Positions 37,665 through 46,544 of a stretch of DNA of 64,000 nt are shown piece after piece. This DNA comes from an uncultured Clostridia bacterium. Lineage in GTDB: Bacteria > Bacillota > Clostridia > Christensenellales > UBA1242. Each line of letters begins with the position of its first letter. Position 1 is the first letter of the stretch. The translations under genes and the position numbers were made by a program. A model generated the notes under the pieces. It was not told the DNA's origin. It did no database searches and was given only the letters and a program-made list of their open reading frames with translations. The stretch lies in the NCBI GenBank assembly GCA_937992055.1, contig CALKLQ010000004.1, positions 9,136 to 73,135 on the forward strand. Reading direction: 5' to 3'.

Positions 37665-39715
37665 ATCCTTTTTAAATCTCCATTTTTAAGATTGAATATC
37701 CAATTGTTTAGATCTTGTGTTTCCTCTTGTGGCATGACAAGAGAACTTTGACTAACTCTATAATCCACATTTGTTATTGAGAGAGCATATTGAGAGTTTA
37801 ACAATATATTAACATTGTCAATGTAATAATTCAAAATTTCTTCATCAATTTGTTCCAACTTGTCATTGACATACATAATCTTATATCCATCAATTTCAAT
37901 TTCTATGGCCACTGGTTTTGTGCGAGTTATAACATATTTCACATTTAAGTTTTTCCCGCTATAATCTTCACCAAAATGAATCACCTTGTCCACATCATAA
38001 TCATCATAAAAATTGTTCAGTAGTTCGTTTTCGCTTTCTGTTGGCATTATTACATAATCAACTGTTTTAATTCTGCCTCTTTTTAAAAATTTTACCAATT
38101 GTTCAATATCTTTAAAGTCGCCAATTAAGATTGATTGATTGTTAGATATTATGAGAGAATACTGGCTATTGTTGTTGTCAACTTGCATTATGTTAAGGTT
38201 GTCATATTTTTTAGGAAGTCCTAGCAAGATTCCATAAATCAAGGAAAAGATAAAGAGGGCGGAACAAACAATTGTTTTATATGTTTTTTGCATCATAACA
38301 AATCCGCTTACAATAAACATGCCAATGTAAAAACTTATTATTCCAGCAAAATCAAGGGCTACTAGATTTATAACAGAGGAGCTTACGTTAGCGATTAATT
38401 TTGTAATTTTGATAATTATGGAAAGCAACCAGTGTACTGGTGTCAAAAATATTCCCAAAGCTGGAATGATTAAGGTGCAAATAATCAGTATTACAAGCAT
38501 GACAAAGGCAACTTGAAAAAGCGGGATACAAATGAAGTTGGTCACAACCGAAAGAAGGGAAACACTTGTGTAGTATTTAGCAATAAAAGGAAGTATTCCA
38601 ATTTGCACGCAAATTGTGAGAGCGAGTGGACTTGAAACAAACTTTGGCAGCTTTAGTTTTGCAAAAAGGGCTTGAGTGGGTTTTGCCAGTAATGCAATGC
38701 AAAGCACACTCATAAAACTCAGTTGGAAACCTGCGTCAAAAACAGACATGGGGCGAATTAACAATATCACAATACCAGAAAGTGAAAGAGAATTTAAAAT
38801 ATCATATTGTCTTCCTAAAGCAGCTGCAGAAAGCATGACAATGCTCATTACGGTAGCTCGTACAACTGAGGGAGAGAAGTTACAAAGATAACAATAAAAA
38901 AGCAGTACAACAGAAGCAACCAAAAGCCTAACCCATGGTTTGGCTTTTAATCTATTTAAAATGAAATTGACAACACCTATTAAAAATCCAACATGCAAAC
39001 CAGATACCGCTAACGCATGCGCGATGCCGGAAACTCTGAAAGATTCTGAAATTTCTTTGTCCAAACTGGACTTATCTCCAAAGAGCATGCTGTATGCCAG
39101 GTTTGCACTTTCTTTTGGCATGTTTTTTAATAACAAGTTTTTAACGCTTTGTCTAAAACTTTCACCAATGGTGAGTTTTGTGGTTGTGGATAGGGTTATG
39201 TCATCATTATCTATTTTGCAAAAGTAAGGGGCTCCGTTTTTATATGCAAAGCTAGAATATTCCCCCAAAGAAAATTGAGTTATGGTTTCTATTTCGCCAA
39301 TAAATTCTATTTGGGTTCCAAGGTCAAGCTCTGTCCCGCTAATAGTAGCTGTAATATTTTTTTCGTTATCCCCATTAATTTTCACATTTGTCAAAACCAC
39401 TCTTTGATAACCAACGTAACTTTGGACATTGCTGACTCTTCCACTTATGGTTTGTTCGCCAACGAATATCTTTCCTTCAAAATTGTTGTAACCTATTAAA
39501 AAAGTGCAAATGCCAAGAATAAAAGCCAGGCAAACACAAGCAAACTTTTTTACTGCTTTTCGTTTTATGGAAATCAAGGCAAAAATTAAAATGGAACCAA
39601 CAAAAAAAATTATATGAAAAATACTTCCAGATAAAAGTTCGTTAGCAAAAAATATTGCCAACGCAAATGTTACAAAACAAAAAAATAGTATTCTGAAATT
39701 AATTATTTTTTTCAT
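37649..39715 (-). CDS. comEC: ComEC/Rec2 DNA internalisation channel protein
   Basis: N-terminal OB/DUF4131-like region and a polytopic competence domain (GIAHALAVSGLHVGF..). The C-terminal region has a degenerate metallo-beta-lactamase fold. Confidence 0.88.
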   Translation of the reverse strand: MKKIINFRILFFCFVTFALAIFFANELLSGSIFHIIFFVGSILIFALISIKRKAVKKFACVCLAFILGICTFLIGYNNFEGKIFVGEQTISGRVSNVQSYVGYQRVVLTNVKINGDNEKNITATISGTELDLGTQIEFIGEIETITQFSLGEYSSFAYKNGAPYFCKIDNDDITLSTTTKLTIGESFRQSVKNLLLKNMPKESANLAYSMLFGDKSSLDKEISESFRVSGIAHALAVSGLHVGFLIGVVNFILNRLKAKPWVRLLVASVVLLFYCYLCNFSPSVVRATVMSIVMLSAAALGRQYDILNSLSLSGIVILLIRPMSVFDAGFQLSFMSVLCIALLAKPTQALFAKLKLPKFVSSPLALTICVQIGILPFIAKYYTSVSLLSVVTNFICIPLFQVAFVMLVILIICTLIIPALGIFLTPVHWLLSIIIKITKLIANVSSSVINLVALDFAGIISFYIGMFIVSGFVMMQKTYKTIVCSALFIFSLIYGILLGLPKKYDNLNIMQVDNNNSQYSLIISNNQSILIGDFKDIEQLVKFLKRGRIKTVDYVIMPTESENELLNNFYDDYDVDKVIHFGEDYSGKNLNVKYVITRTKPVAIEIEIDGYKIMYVNDKLEQIDEEILNYYIDNVNILLNSQYALSITNVDYRVSQSSLVMPQEETQDLNNWIFNLKNGDLKRIWSLN

Positions 39716-39809
39716 ATTTTTTAAGTTTTAAAAATATTTTTTTAAAGCACAGAGCTTTTGCATTTAATTGTAACACAATTTTTAAACAAATAACAAATAT
39801 TAACAAAAC

Positions 39810-39852
39810 TTTTGTCTTACGCCTTTAAACTCATTCAAGGAAAACTGATGTT
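39810..39852. repeat. repeat family 2, core-only copy F
   Basis: ttttgtcttacgcctttaaactcattcaaggaaaactgatgtt aligns with the left half of copy C. Confidence 0.55.
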
Positions 39853-40090
39853 AATAACAAAACTAAATCTGCCTTAGCGGTCAAATATAATGCGATAGCA
39901 ATAAAAATGTGGGTGAAACAAATAAAACAACATTATTGTTTAATATTCTAAAAAAACCTAGTTTAATAATTATTATTTTAAAAATAGACATAATAATTAA
40001 AATATATAAAAAACTACAAATTAATTTAAAATTAAATTGTTTGACAATAAAAAAAAGATATTGCATAATAATTAAAAATAAAGGTTTTAA

Positions 40091-41149
40091 ATGGAAAAAA
40101 ATCAGGAAAAAGAGGTTAAAAAAACAATTGATGGCAAACCCTTGCCATCTCTTCCTCCACGTCCTCCCAAAAAGCCGGAACAGAACCTAGAAAAAAAACA
40201 AATTGATGAGTCTTTGCCAAATGCTGAGAATAATGTTAATTTAACAGAAAATAAAGAAAATGATAAACTAAAAAAGGAAAATTCAAAAAATAAAAGATCT
40301 AACAAAAAACTATATTTGATTTTATCGCTCTGCCTTGCCTTAGTTTTGGTTTTTGCAGTTGGAATTTGGCTAGGAATATATATTAAAAATGGAAAAACTT
40401 TGCTTCTTCCAGAAAATTATAATTTAGAGGTTTTAGAAATTAATGACAAAACCTATCTAATGTTTGACCAAATTGAGGGTGTTGAAAAATATATTTTCAA
40501 TATACAAGCTGACGAGGAAAGGGTGGAAATTGTCAGTGAAAAAAATATAATTGATGTAAGTACATACTTTAATCAGGAAAAATCTTTTAAAATAAGTGTC
40601 AGAATACAAGGGAAAAGTGAACGCTCTCGTAGCGAACAATCAAAACAATTGATTTATGAGGGCGGGGTAAAATTATTAGCTCCAACTATTTCCTATTATG
40701 CTCAAAACAACCAGTTGATGTTTGAAAAGGTTGAAAATGCTGATGAATATGACATCTATTATATAAAAGAAAATCAAGTTAATTGTTTTAACGTCACCTC
40801 TAATGAATCACTTGTGAAAGTAAATTGTGATTTTGAAAAGGGGAATTATCTTGTATTTGTAGTCGCAAAAAATTCTTCAAGTGGGGTTATAAGTAAAGCT
40901 TCAAATTTAGTGCAAATTGTTTTAACGGATATCCAACTTCCCGTTGTTTGGTTACAAGATGAAGTTTTGTTTGTAAGTTTAACTCAACTTTGTGATATAG
41001 AAATTCAGATTGGTGAACAAATTTATTTTTATAGACCTCAAGAATTGGAATGTCAAATCGACTTAACTATTTTTAATGTTTCGCTTTCAGGAAATGTCAG
41101 TGTTCGTTTAGTTTGTGATGGCAAAATAACTCAATGGGTCACTGTATAA
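40091..41149 (+). CDS. type II membrane protein with a K/P/E-rich cytoplasmic tail and repeated beta-sandwich-like ectodomain
   Basis: TM helix LYLILSLCLALVLVFAVGIWLGIYI after a charged N-terminus of about 75 aa. Two similar modules contain (G/N)(V/A)(E/D)(K/E)Y(I/D)(F/I), i.e. GVEKYIF and NADEYDI. Confidence 0.6.
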   Translation: MEKNQEKEVKKTIDGKPLPSLPPRPPKKPEQNLEKKQIDESLPNAENNVNLTENKENDKLKKENSKNKRSNKKLYLILSLCLALVLVFAVGIWLGIYIKNGKTLLLPENYNLEVLEINDKTYLMFDQIEGVEKYIFNIQADEERVEIVSEKNIIDVSTYFNQEKSFKISVRIQGKSERSRSEQSKQLIYEGGVKLLAPTISYYAQNNQLMFEKVENADEYDIYYIKENQVNCFNVTSNESLVKVNCDFEKGNYLVFVVAKNSSSGVISKASNLVQIVLTDIQLPVVWLQDEVLFVSLTQLCDIEIQIGEQIYFYRPQELECQIDLTIFNVSLSGNVSVRLVCDGKITQWVTV

Positions 41150-41340
41150 TCTAAATTAAATTTTTTTTGCACAGTTACAAACTTTTAACAATATCTTAAA
41201 TCTTAAAAGTACTTTAACAAGAAATGTTAAGGTACTTTTTTATTTTAAATTGCTTAAAACTTCCAATACCGGCAAAAATCATTGAATTTTTATTGAAAAT
41301 ATTGCCGATGTAGGCTATAATTATTATAGGGAGATTATAA

Positions 41341-42228
41341 ATGGCATTTTTATCTGTAGCAGAAATAGCTAAAAAATGGAAGATTAGTGAAAGGTCTGTT
41401 CGAAATTATTGTGCTCAAGGACGCATTGCAGGAGCATTCTTAACGGGAAAAACTTGGAATATTCCCGAAGATGCATTAAAACCAAATAGAGCTTCAAATA
41501 AAGTTTTTAGCGACAATACACTTTTAAATATCTTAAAAGAAGAAAAAGATATGCAACTAAAAGGTGGAATATATCATAAAACCCAAATTGCTTTGACTTA
41601 CAATTCAAATCATATTGAAGGTAGCACTTTAACAGAAGACCAAACTAGGCTAATTTTTGAAACAAACACTATTGGAGAAACTGCTGGTGTTAAGGTTGAT
41701 GATATAGTTGAAACTAACAATCACTTTAAGTGCGTAGATATGGTTATTGACAATGCTAAAAAAGAATTGTCAGAAAAGTTTATAAAAGAGCTTCATTTTA
41801 CATTAAAAATAGGAACAAGTGACAGTTTGAAACCCTGGTTTAAAGTTGGCGATTATAAAGCTAAACCAAATGAAGTTGGTGGCAACGAAACTTGTCAACC
41901 AGAAAAAGTCGCAGAAGAAATGAAAAAACTTTTAACAACTTACAATTCTATTGAAAATAAATCGATTGAAACAATACTAGAATTCCATAAACAGTTTGAA
42001 TCGATCCACCCATTTCAAGATGGTAATGGCAGGGTAGGAAGACTTATAATGTTTAAAGAATGTCTTGCGAATAATATTGTTCCATTTATCATAGAAGATG
42101 AACTAAAATATTTCTATTATCGAGGATTAAAAGAATGGGATGACGAACATGGCTTTTTGATAGATACATGCTTAACAGCTCAAGATAAATATAAAAAATA
42201 CTTAGATTATTTTAAAATAAAATATTAG
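41341..42228 (+). CDS. Fic-family protein with N-terminal MerR/excisionase-type HTH
   Basis: Fic motif HPFQDGNGRVGR. Inhibitory-helix-type motif SNHIEG, which fits (S/T)xxxE(G/N). N-terminal LSVAEIAKKWKISERSVRNYC HTH. Confidence 0.9.
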   Translation: MAFLSVAEIAKKWKISERSVRNYCAQGRIAGAFLTGKTWNIPEDALKPNRASNKVFSDNTLLNILKEEKDMQLKGGIYHKTQIALTYNSNHIEGSTLTEDQTRLIFETNTIGETAGVKVDDIVETNNHFKCVDMVIDNAKKELSEKFIKELHFTLKIGTSDSLKPWFKVGDYKAKPNEVGGNETCQPEKVAEEMKKLLTTYNSIENKSIETILEFHKQFESIHPFQDGNGRVGRLIMFKECLANNIVPFIIEDELKYFYYRGLKEWDDEHGFLIDTCLTAQDKYKKYLDYFKIKY

Positions 42229-42489
42229 TTTAAAAATACAAAAAGAAAAAGAAAAAAGTATTGAATTGTTCTTTGTGAGTTTGTAAACAAGATTAAAGAA
42301 TAGGTTTAACAATAGAATTTCATTATTTGCTTTAATCATTTTTTTAAATATGCAAAAGATAGTGTTAAGAGCAGAACAAAAGAAATTATAGACGAGTCAA
42401 GAAGAATTTATAGATGATGTTGCAATTTATACGATTGAAAGTGTCTTCAAATTTTTAAAAAAAAGTGTCTTTTATAATATTAACTATAA

Positions 42490-42620
42490 GAAGTAAAATG
42501 TTCGCCTCACTCACATTTATTATTGCTATCGCAATATGCTTGATTGCTCAAGCACTTCCCTTTTGAATAAACATCAGTTTTTCTTGAATGAGCCTAAAGG
42601 CGCTTTCAGACAAAACTTCC
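42490..42620. repeat. intergenic repeat family 2, full-length copy D (inverted relative to C)
   Basis: See 33658-33789. It ends 65 nt upstream of the first germinant receptor gene. Confidence 0.7.
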
Positions 42621-42684
42621 GATATAAAAAATCATTTTTAGACAAAAAGTATATATTTTATTAAATTGCGCAACCTTAACACAA

Positions 42685-44118
42685 ATGGAAGATTTGGAGC
42701 AAAGGGTTAAAAAAATTAAAAAGAAACTCAAGGATAATAAAGATGTTGTGTCCAGATTTTTTGATGTGGCAAACACCAAACTAGCTCTAGTATTTTTGAA
42801 AAGTATGATAAATAACAAGCTTTTCATTGAGGGAATTGCAAATAAAATAACAGAATATTCTGAAAAAGAGATAACACTAGAGCAGTTGAGGGCGCAGATA
42901 GTTTGCATTGAAGAGATTGAGGAGGTAGATGAAAAAGAGGCTCCAGAAAGTATTCTTGTTGGAAAGGTTTGCATACTTCTTGAAAACAGCCAAAAAATTT
43001 TGGCGGTAGACATTGAGGAATATCCAACAAGAACGCCGGCAGAGCCTCCAACTTCTGCTGTAATTCAAGGACCTAGAGAGGGATTTACCGAAAGCATAAA
43101 AATCAATATTTCCATGATAAGAAAAAGATTCCCAACAAATGACCTTAAAATTCAAGACCTAAAGGTTGGAAGATACACTAAAACAAAAGTTATGGTGGTT
43201 TATCTGGATAGCATCGCGGATAAAAAGGTGGTCAAAGAGGTTGTAAACAAAATCAAAAAGATTGATATTGATGGAGTTGTCGACAGTTATAACATTTTAG
43301 AATTTTTACAATATAAGCCCAATTCAATTTTTAAGCAGGTTGGAAGTGCGGAAAAACCAGATATTGTGGCAGGTAGAATGCTGGAGGGAAGGGTGGCTAT
43401 CATTGTGGATGGTTCACCAACTGTTTTGACCATACCTTTCATTTTTTTGGAAGATGTGCAAAATAGTAATGATTATTACACAAATCATCATTACGTGTCT
43501 TTTATTAGAATTATTAGAACTTTGGGTATTTTGACAGCCACAATTGCTCCTGGAGTATTTATTTCGCTCAGACTGTATCACTATAAAATTACTCCCTTAA
43601 AGTTTTTAATAACGATTGCAAACAGCACTCAAGGTTTGCCTTTTACTCCGCTCATAGAGCTTATTTTCATACTTTTGCTTTTTCACATACTCTATGAGGT
43701 GAGTTTGCGGTTGCCTAGATATTTAGGTCTTGCAACTTCCATTGTGGGAGCCTTGATTTTGGGAGATACTGGAGTTAAGGCAGGATTAATTTCTCCTCCT
43801 GGAGTTATCATAATTGCGATGAGTGTAATTTCGGTCTACACGGTTCCTGACCAGGCCCCACAGCTTACACTTATGCGTATTATATTTTTGATTCTAGGTG
43901 GCACCTTGGGAATTTTAGGGGTTGTTGGTGGAATGATTTACTTTGTAAACTACATGAATTCTCTAAATGAGTATACCGCTCCCTATCTTGCCCCCTTTTC
44001 TCCAAGTGTTCACAACGACTTTAAGGATGGACTTTTTAAGGCAAATATCACAGAAATGTATGACCGGCCAAAATCTTTTAGCCAAAAAAATACTAAGAGG
44101 TTGAGCGATGATAAATGA
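42685..44118 (+). CDS. spore germination protein, GerA-family A subunit
   Basis: IQGPREGFTESIKINISMIRKRF and EGRVAIIVDGSPTVLTIPFIF motifs, with C-terminal TM helices. Confidence 0.9.
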   Translation: MEDLEQRVKKIKKKLKDNKDVVSRFFDVANTKLALVFLKSMINNKLFIEGIANKITEYSEKEITLEQLRAQIVCIEEIEEVDEKEAPESILVGKVCILLENSQKILAVDIEEYPTRTPAEPPTSAVIQGPREGFTESIKINISMIRKRFPTNDLKIQDLKVGRYTKTKVMVVYLDSIADKKVVKEVVNKIKKIDIDGVVDSYNILEFLQYKPNSIFKQVGSAEKPDIVAGRMLEGRVAIIVDGSPTVLTIPFIFLEDVQNSNDYYTNHHYVSFIRIIRTLGILTATIAPGVFISLRLYHYKITPLKFLITIANSTQGLPFTPLIELIFILLLFHILYEVSLRLPRYLGLATSIVGALILGDTGVKAGLISPPGVIIIAMSVISVYTVPDQAPQLTLMRIIFLILGGTLGILGVVGGMIYFVNYMNSLNEYTAPYLAPFSPSVHNDFKDGLFKANITEMYDRPKSFSQKNTKRLSDDK

Positions 44119-45193
44119 AATAAATGTAAAGCAAACAGGAATTTTGATGAGTATAGTTATGCTTGCAGATAAATTTGTAATTTTGCCGTCTTTGACATTT
44201 TATAAGGCAGGTTTTGCAGGTATTTTTGTTACAATCTTTTTGCTAAGCCTTGATTTGCTAATATTTTATCTGATTATTAAGTTTAAAGAAAGGCATCAAG
44301 ATAGCAAAGTTGACCAGGTTTTAGTCAATAGTGTTGGTAAGTTTTTTACTAAGTTGGTATACATTATTCTTTTTGCATATTTTTTAATGCGAATTCTGTT
44401 ATTGCTCAACGAAAATTTTACCTTTTTAAAAGACTTGGTGTACGAAGATGCTTCATTTTTTTTGTTCATACTTTGTTTGCTTCCAGTTGTCAATGCAATG
44501 ACCTTCACTGGACTTCGTTCAATGGGTAGAAGTGCACAATTTTTTTATTGGTTTGTTGTTGCGGGACTTATCATAAGTATGATGGCGGGAGTATTTTCTT
44601 CTAGTTTTAATTTGCCTACCATTAAATTTAATAAGCAAATGTTATCAGCTCCTTTAAAGCTTTGCTTTTGGTTTTCTGATTATCTTTTCTTTTTCTTGAT
44701 TGTTGATAAGATTAAGCTTGAAAAAAATTATGGAACAACTATTATGCGCTATTTGATTTTTACCGCGGTTCTTCTTGTTGTTTTAAACCTAATATTTGTT
44801 GGTCTTCATGACGTTGATACCTTCATTTATAAAGGTGCACTCGCAGATATTATTCAGTTTAGTTCAATAAGTCCTGGCATAGGAAAGATTGACATCGTGG
44901 CGGTTTTGACCAAAATGTTTGTTATCTACTTTCAGTTTGGGGTCATGTTTTATTGCTTGAAAGAGGCATTGAACAATATAGTTGGAAATTTAAACATTTA
45001 TCATTCCATAATTTTATTAGATTTCATAATTTTAAGTATTGAATATTTTTGTCTTGTTACCATGGAGAAAATTGTTGAACTGAGTTTGACCACTTTTAAT
45101 TTGATAACTTTAGCATTTTTGGCCATTTTGCTTGCAATCTTCCTTTTTACACGTTTAAAGCAAAAAAGGAGGGGCTATGAAAAAATTTATTAA
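44108..45193 (+). CDS. spore germination protein, GerA-family B subunit (APC-type permease fold)
   Basis: About 10 TM segments. Positioned between the A and C subunits with overlapping junctions. Confidence 0.8.
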   Translation: MINEINVKQTGILMSIVMLADKFVILPSLTFYKAGFAGIFVTIFLLSLDLLIFYLIIKFKERHQDSKVDQVLVNSVGKFFTKLVYIILFAYFLMRILLLLNENFTFLKDLVYEDASFFLFILCLLPVVNAMTFTGLRSMGRSAQFFYWFVVAGLIISMMAGVFSSSFNLPTIKFNKQMLSAPLKLCFWFSDYLFFFLIVDKIKLEKNYGTTIMRYLIFTAVLLVVLNLIFVGLHDVDTFIYKGALADIIQFSSISPGIGKIDIVAVLTKMFVIYFQFGVMFYCLKEALNNIVGNLNIYHSIILLDFIILSIEYFCLVTMEKIVELSLTTFNLITLAFLAILLAIFLFTRLKQKRRGYEKIY

Positions 45194-46502
45194 TCACGTT
45201 TTTCAACGGCCTATTTTCGTGGTATTTTGCTTAATTCTTGTAATAATTTTGCCCTCAGCTTTGTTTAGAGAACCTGACAGTACAAGAAGATTGATAGTAA
45301 CCGCACTTGCAGTGGATTTGGTTGAAGACGAAATAGAGATTTCCGCTCTTAGTTTTATCCCTGTGTCATCGACAACCTATCAGGAAAACTACAAGGTGTT
45401 TTCTGCAAAAGGAAGTTCGGTTTCAGAAGCCATTTCAAAGATAGGTCTTTACGTTGGAAAAACGGTGGCATTAACTCACACCGCGGTTGTAATTGTAAAT
45501 CAGGAACTTGCAAGTAACGGAATTGTCAAATACATAGACCATCTAGCCAGAAGTAATGACATTTCAAATAAGACCGCCCTTTTGTGCACCGAAAAAAGTG
45601 CAAAAAACCTTTTACAAAAACTCAACGAACTTGATAGTTCCTCCGATCTTTCTGTACGAGATTTGGTTGCATTTAACACAAATAACATTTATTCAAAGAC
45701 TTCAAATATAGGTTCATTTTATAGAGGTTATTTTTCACCTTCAGAGGTGTCAATGATAGGTTATTTAAAGTTGGCAGAAGAAGAGGGAATTGAACCTAAT
45801 GACAATAGTGGCTCTGGCACCCAAGGCGGTTCAGGCTCACAAGGTGGCGGTGGAGCTCAAGGCGGAGGCGGTAGTCAAGGTGGCTCTGGCACCCAAGGCG
45901 GGGATAGTTCTCAGGGCGGCGGGGCATCACAAAATGGACAGGGTCAGCCAAACAGCAAAATCTTAAATGATGGAAGTGCCTGTGTGTTTAAAAAGGGGGA
46001 ATTTATAACCATACTCTCTCCTGAACAAGTTTATCAATATAATTGGATTAACTCTAGTCAATATAAAAATATGTTCCAACTTTTTAATGTTACAGACGAG
46101 GTTTTTAAAAATGCAAATTTAACTTATAGAATTCAAGAAAAGAAGGAAAAATCCCAGGTAACTATGAAAAATGGCAGGCCTGTATATGACAACTTTTTGT
46201 TCTTGAGCATGGAATTAGAAGAGGTTGAACAAGACAACTTGAAGAACAATGAACTTTTGCTATATAAAAACTACTTTTCCGAAACAGTGAAGCTTTTGGC
46301 GCAAAATAAAATTAGAAGTGATTTCGCTAAAATATTAAACCTTGCGCGGGAATTAAAGATTGACATTTTTGGAATTTATGATATGTTTGATTCCCAACAT
46401 GAAAAAGAGTTTAAAGAGTTTTTAAAAACAATTGAGGATAGTGATAACTATCTTAGCTATGTTGATATAAACCTTTATATTGAATTTTTGATTGTTTCAT
46501 GA
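45177..46502 (+). CDS. spore germination protein, Ger(x)C family, with a Gly/Ser/Gln-rich insertion
   Basis: RRLIVTALAVDLVEDEIEISAL N-terminal Ger(x)C pattern. Third gene of the operon. Confidence 0.8.
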   Translation: MKKFINHVFQRPIFVVFCLILVIILPSALFREPDSTRRLIVTALAVDLVEDEIEISALSFIPVSSTTYQENYKVFSAKGSSVSEAISKIGLYVGKTVALTHTAVVIVNQELASNGIVKYIDHLARSNDISNKTALLCTEKSAKNLLQKLNELDSSSDLSVRDLVAFNTNNIYSKTSNIGSFYRGYFSPSEVSMIGYLKLAEEEGIEPNDNSGSGTQGGSGSQGGGGAQGGGGSQGGSGTQGGDSSQGGGASQNGQGQPNSKILNDGSACVFKKGEFITILSPEQVYQYNWINSSQYKNMFQLFNVTDEVFKNANLTYRIQEKKEKSQVTMKNGRPVYDNFLFLSMELEEVEQDNLKNNELLLYKNYFSETVKLLAQNKIRSDFAKILNLARELKIDIFGIYDMFDSQHEKEFKEFLKTIEDSDNYLSYVDINLYIEFLIVS

Positions 46503-46544
46503 ATAAAAGTCATAAAAGTAAGAAAACTAAGATAGAGGTGAATA

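Noticed and set aside
39881-40190. ORFs 39881-40066 (-) and 39909-40190 (+) in the comEC upstream spacer
   Set aside because: They consist of I/K/N/L runs from AT-rich DNA, overlap each other, and the plus-strand one runs into the real gene starting at 40091.
42540-42625. Sigma-G-type promoter (TGAATA ... CATACTA) for the germinant receptor operon inside repeat copy D
   Set aside because: Two TGAAT(A/G) boxes are present, but no acceptable -10 element lies 17-18 nt downstream of either.
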